From positions 1 to 32,900 of the IMG/VR virus record IMGVR_UViG_3300020042_006595: 32,900 bases of DNA; one strand, written 5' to 3'. Source of the DNA: a virus. Taxonomy: Duplodnaviria > Caudoviricetes. The position numbers were made by a program, and so were the translations under genes. Position 1 is the stretch's first letter. Every line of letters starts with the position of its first letter. Positions 17,623 to 26,633 of the stretch are shown here, piece by piece. Below the pieces are notes generated by a model. That model did not search any database, was not told the DNA's origin, and saw only the letters and a program-made list of their open reading frames with translations.

Positions 17623-17654
17623 AAAAAGAAACCCAAGCCTTGCGACTTGGGTTT
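17623..17654 (-). terminator. Rho-independent terminator after the major capsid gene
   Basis: The minus strand reads AAACCCAAGTC-GCAA-GGCTTGGGTTT, a stem with a GNRA loop, followed by CTTTTT. Confidence 0.85.
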
Positions 17655-17694
17655 TCTAATTTAAGCCTTACGGGGCTAATTATATTAATCTATA

Positions 17695-19362
17695 TTAGAT
17701 AGTATTCAAACCACTAACATAAACTTTTCCGTAGTAGTCCGGTCTGATCATTTTCTTCGCGTAACGAGTCATAAGACCTTTACGTGGAGTAAATGTAGTT
17801 GGATCATACAATAACGGAGTCATGATCAATGGAACATAAGGAGCAAATACTGCACCACACTCCAAGAACTGAGCACCTTTATAACCCATCAAGATAACAT
17901 TTTCAGTCATGTATGGATTTTTGTAAACTTTGTAACGGCTGTTTAAGCTACCGATCTTTTGGATACCGAAATTGTATTCCATCTTATCGCCATCTCCATC
18001 AGCTGCAAATCCTGGAATTGATTCCAAAACTGTAGATACAGTTGGAGAAACTACTATAAAATTAGCTCCACCACGTAATGTTAACTGATGAATTTTGTTG
18101 CTAACTTTCTGTAATTTAGTTCCTAAAGTTTGGAACCAACCACCTTGTGTATTGTAGAATGATTGAGCAGCAGCATTTGCAACTACACCAGCAGCAGTAA
18201 CAGTTACGTTATTCTGAGCTGACCAAAAATCAACAGTGAATGCATTTTGGATCAACATATCCATTAATTCCAAATCAATCTCCATAGAGATGTATTGAGA
18301 TAAGATACCAGTTAATTCAGCTTCAGCATCAACACTATGGTAAGCGTTTAAATCTTGAGCGAATTCTGGAGTCCATTGTGCTTTCAACTTACGAGTTTTA
18401 GCAACGATTGCTTCAGATTTTAACTGAACGTTAATTTCTGGAATAGCAATTTGAGTAGCAGATTGAGCATTTGGATAACCACCATTACCATTAACGGCAC
18501 CAGCACCACCAGCAACTGATTGATCTTCAAAATCACCACGAAGGTTAGCAGCAGGAGCAACACTAAAAAATAATGTAACACCACCTAACAATACAGCACC
18601 ACCAGCAGCCGCTACAGATGTAGAAGGAACGATGAATGAAGCAGAACTATTAGAAATAGTTGTAAATGCAGTTAAAGCATCTGTAGGAGCTATGAAAGCA
18701 CCAGCTGAACCAGAAGCAATTGTGAAAGAACGAACTGCATTTGTATCTGCGTTAGATGGCAAAGCAACAGTAACCTTTTTGAAAGTAGCAGCAGCAGCAG
18801 AAGCTGAAAAATCAGAATCAAAGTTGAAATCAGCCCATGTAGTAGAACCAGTTGAAGCAGCACTTATAGAAGCTGAAAATTGGTTGATTGAATAACCAAA
18901 TCTACCTGCACCATATAATGAAGCAGAAGCGATATCAGTTACGTTTGTAGTTGCGTTAGCACCATACAAAGAACCACCAGAAGTAAAAGGTCTAACCCCA
19001 GTGCCATATTTGAAATCAAGATAGAATACAAGACCTGAAGGTAAGTTCATTGGTTGTACGCTAACGAATTCTTTAGCAGCGATTTCACCGAATACACGGC
19101 GAACCAATGGTAAAGCAACTCCGTTCCATCCTTCAGCACCGTATGCAGCACCAGCTACACCAGCAGCTCCGCCTGTAGCAGAAGCTTCAGTTACTAATTG
19201 TTTAGCTTGGTTTTCAAGCAACATAGCCATAGTATTGCGATCATTCTCGCTTTTAATGCCTTCTAAAAGGCCAGACTTAGTCCATTTAGAGCTAAGTTTT
19301 TTAGCATCATCAGAAACCGTTTTATATTGGTTTGATGATTCTAATAATTGTTGTACGTTCAT
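17695..19362 (-). CDS. gp23: Major capsid protein, T4 gp23-like
   Basis: LLENQ, VQPMNLPSGLVFYL, AKTRKLKAQWTPEFAQDLNAYH, APYVPL and FTPRKGLMTRYA motifs. Confidence 0.95.
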   Translation of the reverse strand: MNVQQLLESSNQYKTVSDDAKKLSSKWTKSGLLEGIKSENDRNTMAMLLENQAKQLVTEASATGGAAGVAGAAYGAEGWNGVALPLVRRVFGEIAAKEFVSVQPMNLPSGLVFYLDFKYGTGVRPFTSGGSLYGANATTNVTDIASASLYGAGRFGYSINQFSASISAASTGSTTWADFNFDSDFSASAAAATFKKVTVALPSNADTNAVRSFTIASGSAGAFIAPTDALTAFTTISNSSASFIVPSTSVAAAGGAVLLGGVTLFFSVAPAANLRGDFEDQSVAGGAGAVNGNGGYPNAQSATQIAIPEINVQLKSEAIVAKTRKLKAQWTPEFAQDLNAYHSVDAEAELTGILSQYISMEIDLELMDMLIQNAFTVDFWSAQNNVTVTAAGVVANAAAQSFYNTQGGWFQTLGTKLQKVSNKIHQLTLRGGANFIVVSPTVSTVLESIPGFAADGDGDKMEYNFGIQKIGSLNSRYKVYKNPYMTENVILMGYKGAQFLECGAVFAPYVPLIMTPLLYDPTTFTPRKGLMTRYAKKMIRPDYYGKVYVSGLNTI

Positions 19363-19385
19363 TTTAAAAAAATTTTGTTTGTTTG

Positions 19386-20390
19386 TTATTTAATAATGTT
19401 TGCAAGTTTTTGCATACGTGTAATAACGTCGTTTGATTCAACTATTGTTCTATTTTGAGCTACACCAGTTGCTTTTGAAGCGAATCCAAAAGATTCTTTT
19501 ATTGCTTTTTTAGCTGGGGCTTGTAGAGCACTATTCAATGATTCGAATACTACTTTAGCTTCTTTAACGTTAGTTGCTTTATCAAATGATGCAATAACTT
19601 TTAATTTTTGTGATTCAGTTAAATTCTTAGCTTTGAAGATTTTATTAACGTAAAGTAACTTAGCGTTTAACAAGTTAACTTCGTTCATTTCTTTACGAAG
19701 AGTTTGAATAGTGCGCATAGCTTCTTCTAATTCTTTTTCGTCTTTTTTCTTCTTAGCTTCATACATAGCTTCATCTTCTTTTTCTTCAGTTTTACCTAAA
19801 GCATCTAATTCAGCTAATAATTCTTCTAAATCGATTTCATCTTCATCGCTAACAGCATCCATTTCAGCACCAACTTCCATATCATCTTCTTCAGCTTCTT
19901 CGTCATCCATTGTTTCTGCTTCTTCAGCTTCTAACTCTTGGTTAACGATTGATTTGATAAGATCAGTTAATTCTTCAACAGACATATCAGCAACGTTCAT
20001 GTCTTCGTCAGATTCTTCTTCATCAGCTTCTTCTTCATCAGCTTCTTCTTCATCAGCTTCATTTAGTTCAGCTAAGATTTCAGATAAATCAAAATCTTCT
20101 TCCATGTCATCTTCTTTCATCATGGAAGCATCATCAGCATCGATATCTCCGTCTCCGTCCATATCTCTATCTGGGTGTTCCATTCCGTATTCATCCAGAT
20201 TTTCATCTGTGTAACCACCCATTGCACCTTCTTCTTCATACTCCATTTCTTGTAACTTTGCAGCTAACATAGATTGAAGTTTTGGAGTTAAGGCTTCTTC
20301 AAGGGCAGCTTTTGCGTTTGCTAACGCAGCTTCGCGGACAGCTTTAGCGTCAGCGATTGCTTCTTTGAACAATTCTTTGTTTGTACTCAT
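19386..20390 (-). CDS. Prohead scaffolding/core protein (gp22-like role)
   Basis: Extremely acidic helical protein directly upstream of the capsid gene, with many L-x-E sites and a C-terminal RMQKLANI helix. Confidence 0.8.
   Translation of the reverse strand: MSTNKELFKEAIADAKAVREAALANAKAALEEALTPKLQSMLAAKLQEMEYEEEGAMGGYTDENLDEYGMEHPDRDMDGDGDIDADDASMMKEDDMEEDFDLSEILAELNEADEEEADEEEADEEESDEDMNVADMSVEELTDLIKSIVNQELEAEEAETMDDEEAEEDDMEVGAEMDAVSDEDEIDLEELLAELDALGKTEEKEDEAMYEAKKKKDEKELEEAMRTIQTLRKEMNEVNLLNAKLLYVNKIFKAKNLTESQKLKVIASFDKATNVKEAKVVFESLNSALQAPAKKAIKESFGFASKATGVAQNRTIVESNDVITRMQKLANIIK
20013..20057. repeat. 15-bp tandem repeat x3 (ADEEE) in the scaffold
   Basis: ttcttcttcatcagc three times. 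Confidence 0.85.
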
Positions 20391-20399
20391 TGTAATTTT

Positions 20400-20405
20400 C
20401 TCCTT
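20400..20405 (-). promoter_or_regulatory. Shine-Dalgarno-like AAGGAG upstream of the scaffold gene
   Basis: Plus-strand ctcctt, 9 nt from ATG 20390. Confidence 0.55.
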
Positions 20406-20510
20406 AAATTTATTTTAGGGAAGTAAGATTATTAGGAATCTTAATAGTGGGGTTTATAAAATGCCGAGCTACCATGAGGATTATATGTGGGTAGCTATTG
20501 TAGGCTGGTC

Positions 20511-20518
20511 ATAAATAT
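20511..20518 (-). promoter_or_regulatory. ATATTTAT motif upstream of the scaffold-capsid operon
   Basis: Lies downstream of a terminator hairpin, 120 nt before the ATG. Confidence 0.55.
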
Positions 20519-20539
20519 ATGCAGATATGTAAAACCGCG

Positions 20540-20569
20540 AAAAGCGAAACGCCTCCTTATGGGAGGCGT
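20540..20569 (-). terminator. Probable Rho-independent terminator
   Basis: Minus strand ACGCCTCC-CATAA-GGAGGCGT followed by TTCGCTTTT (imperfect U tract). Confidence 0.65.
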
Positions 20570-20599
20570 CGATCAATATATTCTATATAAAGAGTGGTA

Positions 20600-21199
20600 T
20601 TATACTGCTGCTATTTTTTGAGCAATTCCTATCACTTCTGATGATTTAAATGCGGATAAACCACCTTCTAATCCACTTGCGATTGCACTATGTGCTTCTA
20701 GGGCACCTAATCCGCTTGATACTGCTGCTGCTATTAACATAGCACCATATACGGCATGTGCTGCTTTATATAATGGAGTAGCTTTATCCTCAACATCCTG
20801 TCCAGCATATGCTTTAGGGAATGATTTTTGTAATATAGTTCCAATTACAGTTATGTAAGATCCTTCTAATTTATGACCCCAATTTTTAAGGGCATCTCCT
20901 ACTACTGTACCTTGTTTTTTATCTTTTTGGAAAACACTAGCGATACCATTTACTGCTTTACCAGCTAAGCTTATTAATCCTGGAGCACCAGCAATCAATC
21001 CTAATGTTAATGACTCGTCTAATTCACCGTCTTGTGGTGATACTTGAACTGAATCTTCACCTGATTGTAAGATAGATAATGCTTGTTTTAATGCTATTTC
21101 TGCATCTTTATTAGCTACTGCATCTTCAACAGGTGCTGTTTCTTCAGTAATGATACCAGCTAACTTTTGCCAGCGTTTTGCTTCGTTAATATATTGCAT
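20600..21199 (-). CDS. Putative head-internal protein with hydrophobic Gly/Ala helices (N-terminal RWQKLAGI tag)
   Basis: MQYINEAKRWQKLAGIITEE leader; hydrophobic segments LTLGLIAGAPGLISLAG and VYGAMLIAAAVSSGLG. Confidence 0.75.
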   Translation of the reverse strand: MQYINEAKRWQKLAGIITEETAPVEDAVANKDAEIALKQALSILQSGEDSVQVSPQDGELDESLTLGLIAGAPGLISLAGKAVNGIASVFQKDKKQGTVVGDALKNWGHKLEGSYITVIGTILQKSFPKAYAGQDVEDKATPLYKAAHAVYGAMLIAAAVSSGLGALEAHSAIASGLEGGLSAFKSSEVIGIAQKIAAV

Positions 21200-21200
21200 A

Positions 21201-21596
21201 TTATTTTTGTTTGCGGTGTGCTTCTAAAGCTTCGTCTATTGTTTGATCAAGTGATTCTGCTTGTGATTCAGTAGCTTGTCCTGTAACGATAACTAAGTCT
21301 GCAGGATCGATAGATGATTCTTCACCATTTAATTTTTTAAATTGTATTTTTCCCCCTGACATGCCTGTTACAGTACCGTATGATTGGTCTAAATCTTCTT
21401 TACTACCGTAAAACTTATTCATTGCAACTTTCATACCTGATTTATAATCTTCAATAGTATTATTAGGATCATTACTTCGAATATGATTTCCCTTTAAAAT
21501 ATCAGGGATACTAAATTGTTTAGCTTCATTCAATTGTGATTCAGAAATAAGACCAGCTAATTTCTGCATTCTTTTAATTTCGTTTAATTGTGTCAT
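21201..21596 (-). CDS. Putative head-internal protein (N-terminal RMQKLAGL tag)
   Basis: MTQLNEIKRMQKLAGLISESQLNE leader followed by a small beta-rich domain. Confidence 0.75.
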   Translation of the reverse strand: MTQLNEIKRMQKLAGLISESQLNEAKQFSIPDILKGNHIRSNDPNNTIEDYKSGMKVAMNKFYGSKEDLDQSYGTVTGMSGGKIQFKKLNGEESSIDPADLVIVTGQATESQAESLDQTIDEALEAHRKQK

Positions 21597-21611
21597 TTTA
21601 TTTTATTTTAT

Positions 21612-21619
21612 ATAAATAT
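21612..21619 (-). promoter_or_regulatory. ATATTTAT motif
   Basis: 15 nt upstream of ATG 21596. Confidence 0.5.
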
Positions 21620-22227
21620 TAACATAATGCACATACACCAGTGTGTGTGCAAATAATTTCAGTTATTAAAGCGCCTACTTTACTATAATCTTTTGTTGAT
21701 GGCATTTCTTTACCTTCAGATAATCTCATATATGCATCAGGTGTTGATGGTAATGAAACCAAATCCCAACATACTAATTCAAAATCTTCTTGTACTTCTA
21801 CTGACTCACCAATTTGTTTTACTGAACCCATACCGCGAGATGATATACCTAATGGTATTCCTGCTGATACAATTTCTTGGGCAATTTTACCTGATGGTGT
21901 ATTTAGTAATTCTAGTTCACCCATCAAATCATTACCTTCCCACCATATGCGTTTGATATTGTGTGATACGTTATTTAAGTTAACGATTGCTGCTTCGGGG
22001 TGATCTAATTCGCCCATAGCGGTGTTAGAGGCGATTGGTCCTTTAATGTAAATTTCTACTTGTTTTTTAAGTATTTCCATTGGATAAACGCGACCATTAC
22101 CGTTTCTTTGCTCAGCTTCTTGTAATTTACCTTTAACACGCATTCTACCACCTGCTGATTTAGCTTCGGTTAGTGTTAGTTTTGCTACGTTAAATGGTGT
22201 ATGATCTATTAATAGTTGTTTGCTCAT
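21619..22227 (-). CDS. gp21: Prohead core protease, T4 gp21-like
   Basis: RNGNGRVYP, GELDHP, GISSRGMGS and WDLVSLPS motifs. Confidence 0.93.
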   Translation of the reverse strand: MSKQLLIDHTPFNVAKLTLTEAKSAGGRMRVKGKLQEAEQRNGNGRVYPMEILKKQVEIYIKGPIASNTAMGELDHPEAAIVNLNNVSHNIKRIWWEGNDLMGELELLNTPSGKIAQEIVSAGIPLGISSRGMGSVKQIGESVEVQEDFELVCWDLVSLPSTPDAYMRLSEGKEMPSTKDYSKVGALITEIICTHTGVCALC

Positions 22228-22239
22228 TGTTATTATTTA

Positions 22240-24429
22240 TTAAGCGTCCATTCCTGTACGAACCATTGGTTCCATTCCGTCAAACATTTCTCTTACGATT
22301 TTACGAATCATTTCTTCCATTGATTGTAAACCAACACCAACGTTTGGAGATGTATATTTTGGAGATAATGTGTAGTAGATTTTATCTTTATCTTCACCAC
22401 CACCATCTACTTGACCTTCTTCAAAATTAAATTGCATTTCTAATGCGGCAGCAACTGCAGGTGTTAATGGGCTCCAGTAATTATATGATAATATAACGTC
22501 GTCTCCACTTTTTTGTAGCTTAATATCAGCTGATTTTAATGTTGGGTTTGAAGCAATATATTGTTTTGCTTGTTCTAATGTATCACCCATACCTTCTTCC
22601 ATATTGTTATAATCGTCGTCATCGTCTTCAGAATCATTTTTTTTAATTGCCTGTATAAGATCTGGAATAAAATCTTCATCGTAGACTATAGAGTTCTTAA
22701 TTTCTCCATTTGGATAGCCTACCTCCCTCATTGTATCTGCAGCAACTTTAATAAACTTATTTCGCATTGTAGGATCGTATACAATATCCTTCTCTTTAAG
22801 TTTGTCAACAAGATCATTATATAGGTTTCCTCTGTAACCACCTTCTTCCATATTGTTATAATCGTCGTCATAATATTTACTACTGCTACTATCTGTATAT
22901 TGATCTTCATCATCTGTATCACGATCGTCAAAGTCTCCAGTATCAATTTTAACACTTTTGGTTGCTTGCATAAGATCTGGAAGGAAGTCTTGATCGTTGA
23001 TTATAGAGTTAATAATTTCTCTATCAGAATAGCCTACCGCTGTCATTGCTTTTGCAACATCGTTGATATACTTACCTTGATTCATATGATCTCTTGAAAT
23101 ACCTTTTTCTTTAAGTCTGTCAATAAGATCATTATATAGATTTCCTCTGTAACCACCTTCTTCCATTTTATCTTCAGCCATATCAAAATCATAGTTTGGT
23201 TCTTCGTAATCAGCATCCATATCTGGTTCATAATCATCACCATCTTGATCTTGATCCCATTTTTTACCAATATAATAATCTAAATTATCAGAATCACCAC
23301 CGTAAATACCTTCTAAGCCACCGCCACTAACTTCCAATTCAGTTCCATCACTTAAGAGTAAAGCTATAATCCCATCTCCATTTCTTTTAGCTTTAACGAT
23401 AGTAGGTACTTTATTTAAATTATCCATAGCTTCATCAAATGTACGTCTACCCATTGGAGTATCATATCCACCACCTGGTCCGTAACGGTTAGCCCAATCT
23501 CTTTCCTCTTTTGCTTTTTCTTCTGGTGTTCTTGTATCAACATATGGTGCTTGTGGTGCTGGTAAATCTAATTCAATTTCATTACCATCAATTAAAATAT
23601 CTTGTAATGGATCTTCTAAATTGTTGAGTCTAAATGATGGACCACCATCAGCAGGAAATAAAGCGCCTGCAGGAACAACTATTTTCATAATAGGTTTTCC
23701 TAGTACTGTTACTGTTTGACCTGCTTTAAGAGCAGCATCTGCTTTTCTTAATAATTGAGTTCCAAGAGGACCTTCGTTTAAGTTAGTACCTTCTTTTACT
23801 ATAATTTTTTTAACTTTTTCACCTGTAGCATCCATTTTAACTAATCCACGAACCGTTTTAGCGATAAGTGACATAATTTCTGTGTTTTCACCTTTATTAG
23901 TTTCTTTTTTAGCTTTATTAGATGATGCTTTAGCATTTTCAAATCCTTTAACCGACTTCATACCCATTGCTTTATCAACAGCATTATCTTTTTCCACTGG
24001 TTTCATTTGACGTGCGTTTGGCTCAGCTGATTTTCCACCTATATATTCAGGTTCGTATCCAGCAACACCAGACATTTTATAGTCAGTATAATAGAAAGGA
24101 TTCTTTTTAAGATTCTTTACTACTATTTTTATAATTTCTTCTTCTGTTTTATCTGGGTTACAACCATGCTCTACAGCAATACCGGTTTTATATTCTTGGC
24201 CGTTTAAGTTGTCAATTTCTTTAAATTGAGCATACATATCTTTACCGTCTTTATATTTAATATCAGCTTCAGATAAGATGCCTTTATTTTTAAGGATCTT
24301 AATTGTATCACCAAATGATGTTACGTTAGTTACATACTGAGGCATATTTAAACGTACATTACGCAAGAATTGCGCTTGAGACATTTTGCCTTCTTGTAAA
24401 TCGATGTATTGATTTTTAATACTTTTCAT
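22240..24429 (-). CDS. Large acidic multi-module protein, putative prohead core/internal polyprotein
   Basis: 729 aa, with domains separated by acidic linkers ending in L-x-E or MEE, an internal duplication and a C-terminal MEEMIRKIVREM helix. Confidence 0.8.
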   Translation of the reverse strand: MKSIKNQYIDLQEGKMSQAQFLRNVRLNMPQYVTNVTSFGDTIKILKNKGILSEADIKYKDGKDMYAQFKEIDNLNGQEYKTGIAVEHGCNPDKTEEEIIKIVVKNLKKNPFYYTDYKMSGVAGYEPEYIGGKSAEPNARQMKPVEKDNAVDKAMGMKSVKGFENAKASSNKAKKETNKGENTEIMSLIAKTVRGLVKMDATGEKVKKIIVKEGTNLNEGPLGTQLLRKADAALKAGQTVTVLGKPIMKIVVPAGALFPADGGPSFRLNNLEDPLQDILIDGNEIELDLPAPQAPYVDTRTPEEKAKEERDWANRYGPGGGYDTPMGRRTFDEAMDNLNKVPTIVKAKRNGDGIIALLLSDGTELEVSGGGLEGIYGGDSDNLDYYIGKKWDQDQDGDDYEPDMDADYEEPNYDFDMAEDKMEEGGYRGNLYNDLIDRLKEKGISRDHMNQGKYINDVAKAMTAVGYSDREIINSIINDQDFLPDLMQATKSVKIDTGDFDDRDTDDEDQYTDSSSSKYYDDDYNNMEEGGYRGNLYNDLVDKLKEKDIVYDPTMRNKFIKVAADTMREVGYPNGEIKNSIVYDEDFIPDLIQAIKKNDSEDDDDDYNNMEEGMGDTLEQAKQYIASNPTLKSADIKLQKSGDDVILSYNYWSPLTPAVAAALEMQFNFEEGQVDGGGEDKDKIYYTLSPKYTSPNVGVGLQSMEEMIRKIVREMFDGMEPMVRTGMDA
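22591..23166 (-). repeat. Internal duplication of the MEEGGYRGNLYNDL..LKEK...DF(L/I)PDL domain (315-nt spacing)
   Basis: Units start at 23166 and 22851. A 32-nt identical block occurs at 22591-22622 and 22840-22871. Confidence 0.88.
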
Positions 24430-24443
24430 GCTTAGTTATTGTT

Positions 24444-24572
24444 TTATCGGCCTTGTCCTTGATATTTTTTAGGTCTTGGTGTGTGTTTATTATATGCTTT
24501 TTTTGCTGCTCCTTTCTTACGCACGCCGAAACTTACTTTATGAGCATCTCCTAATGATTTAGCTTTTGCCAT
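24444..24572 (-). CDS. 42-aa basic peptide ending KKYQGQGR (absent from the ORF track)
   Basis: ATG 24572 to TAA 24444 gives MAKAKSLGDAHKVSFGVRKKGAAKKAYNKHTPRPKKYQGQGR. It fills the intergenic gap and resembles small K-K-Y-R-G-Q-G proteins of T4-like phages. Confidence 0.8.
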   Translation of the reverse strand: MAKAKSLGDAHKVSFGVRKKGAAKKAYNKHTPRPKKYQGQGR

Positions 24573-24583
24573 TATTATTTATT

Positions 24584-24889
24584 TTAACTATATAAAAATA
24601 CAGGTGCACTACCAGCAGCTAAACTGCAAGAAGTAATTATTAATTCTAATTTAGTACCCGGATTTAAATTAAACACGGTTGAAATAGTAGTTTCAGCGGG
24701 TGTGTATGTTGGATTAACTCCAGGATTAGTTACTGTATATCCGTTGATATATTTTAATCCTACGATCTGTGATCCTGTAGGAGCTAATAAAGATCCTGTT
24801 GATAAAGCAACCATTCCTCCGAATGATCCTGTTATTGATTGACCTGCAAATAAAAATGCTCCTCCTCCGTTTACTGGTATGTTTGCCAT
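24584..24889 (-). CDS. Small beta-rich hypothetical protein (possible capsid decoration/structural protein)
   Basis: 101 aa, G/S/T-rich, coupled to the upstream gene by TAATG. Confidence 0.7.
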   Translation of the reverse strand: MANIPVNGGGAFLFAGQSITGSFGGMVALSTGSLLAPTGSQIVGLKYINGYTVTNPGVNPTYTPAETTISTVFNLNPGTKLELIITSCSLAAGSAPVFLYS

Positions 24890-26292
24890 TATTGATATAA
24901 GTTTTTAATTTTTTCGTTTAGTGTGTTTACCATTTCTGATATTTGAGTTACATTATTTACTGTAGCTTTCCAATATTTAATACCTTCTTCACCTTCGCTT
25001 AACTCTTGTTTCATGCGTGATGTATATTCTACAATACGATCAATTTCAGCTAATTTACGTTTTACTTCTTTAATGCCTTTATGTAGCATTTCAGTTTTAG
25101 AACGGTAAGATATATCTTTTTTAAATTTACTGTATGTTGCTTCGTTAATTAATTCTTGCTTAATGATATCTTGTATTGATTCATATTTTGGTGATGCTAT
25201 ATCACTTGATGTATCAAATACGGGATTTTTAATTAATAATTCACCATTTTTACCTTTAGTAACGGTTAAATTAATAGGAAAATATCCGCCTGGTCCTGGT
25301 TTAGCATTTTGTAGGTATTTCTTAATAGCTACTCTTGCCATTTGATTTAAATTATCTTTTAGATAATTAGCTAAATTAGCAGTATAGTTAAATGATGCTT
25401 GTCTGTCTTTTTCAAGTGAACCTCTACCACGTTCGATAGATTCTAAAGCATTTTTAACAAATGGTGATGCTAATAATATATATTCTTCACCTTTAGAAAC
25501 TAACTTAAATAATCTAACTGGCTCTTTTGTCTTAGATAATTCAAATGGTTCTAATAATTTTTCATTAAATGGAAAGGTAGGAGGTATAAACCTTTTACCT
25601 TTTTTCATTTCTAATTCATTCATATTTTCAGATGTATATATTTTATATTTTTTCTTCTTACCCCAAATCGCTTTATAATCTTTTACTTTAGAATCGCTTG
25701 GCATTCCTTCAGGTGCTACTTTAAAGCCTTGCTTTTCAGCTGCTTTAGTAGCGGCGTTTTTGCCTTGTCCTTTTTTAGCAAATGCTTTTGGTGTTAAATA
25801 AGCACCCGCATCGCCAGATGTTGATTCTTCATCCAACATTTCACGAACCATCTGTTTGATATATTCGTTAATACCTATACTTTCTTTTATTCCTGTTATA
25901 GAGCGACCTCCATATTTTTCTTTTAAGTAGTTAATCATTTTAGCATTCATGTTAAAATCAGGCTCTAATGGCTTATCATCAGGTTCTGCTTCTATAGAAG
26001 CGGACATTGCTTGCATAAACCCATTTTCTACTGTATCATCAACAATGGCTGACATTTCATCGTCTATATCTAATTTGTCTAGCCAGGTATTTGTTTTTTT
26101 AGTATCTGGTTTTTTGAATGCTGCTTTTATAAAATCAAATGTTGTTTTAGCATTTGACGCTCCTGGTATTAGGCCTAATAATTGATCTACTACAAATTCT
26201 TTACCTTGAGATACTATTTTTTCTCCTTTTTGTTTAAGAGAAATACTTTTAATAACTCTTTTTAAATCACCATATGTGTTAAGTTCAGCCAT
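24889..26292 (-). CDS. Multi-module putative head-internal protein
   Basis: Modules separated by INEYIKQMVREMLDEE and ESIQDIIKQELINE helices; AGAYLTPKAF motif; C-terminal coiled coil. Confidence 0.78.
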   Translation of the reverse strand: MAELNTYGDLKRVIKSISLKQKGEKIVSQGKEFVVDQLLGLIPGASNAKTTFDFIKAAFKKPDTKKTNTWLDKLDIDDEMSAIVDDTVENGFMQAMSASIEAEPDDKPLEPDFNMNAKMINYLKEKYGGRSITGIKESIGINEYIKQMVREMLDEESTSGDAGAYLTPKAFAKKGQGKNAATKAAEKQGFKVAPEGMPSDSKVKDYKAIWGKKKKYKIYTSENMNELEMKKGKRFIPPTFPFNEKLLEPFELSKTKEPVRLFKLVSKGEEYILLASPFVKNALESIERGRGSLEKDRQASFNYTANLANYLKDNLNQMARVAIKKYLQNAKPGPGGYFPINLTVTKGKNGELLIKNPVFDTSSDIASPKYESIQDIIKQELINEATYSKFKKDISYRSKTEMLHKGIKEVKRKLAEIDRIVEYTSRMKQELSEGEEGIKYWKATVNNVTQISEMVNTLNEKIKNLYQ

Positions 26293-26633
26293 TATTTAAA
26301 TCTTTGATCTATAAGAGCTTTAAGAGCTGCTTTATTCACACCTGATATTTTAGGGTTAATATTATTCAATATAAATGTAAGAGTTTCAGTTACCTCTTTT
26401 CCATTATTAACTGTTTTTAATTTATTTAATAATGAGGTATTTGAAGATATTATTTTTGTTAATCCAGCAACATCCGATGTTTGTTTAACTGGTACAGCTG
26501 CTGGTTTAGCTCCTGGTTTAGCTCCTGCTACGGGTGCCGCTGCTGCGGGTGCTGCTGTGGGTGCTGTTGGAGAGCTTGTTGCATCTTCATTTAATATTCC
26601 TCTAATAAAACTTGATAATTGTTCTTTTGTCAT
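26292..26633 (-). CDS. Hypothetical protein with MTKEQLSSFIRGILNE leader and Pro/Ala linker
   Basis: ORF coupled on both sides by TAATG overlaps. Confidence 0.75.
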   Translation of the reverse strand: MTKEQLSSFIRGILNEDATSSPTAPTAAPAAAAPVAGAKPGAKPAAVPVKQTSDVAGLTKIISSNTSLLNKLKTVNNGKEVTETLTFILNNINPKISGVNKAALKALIDQRFK

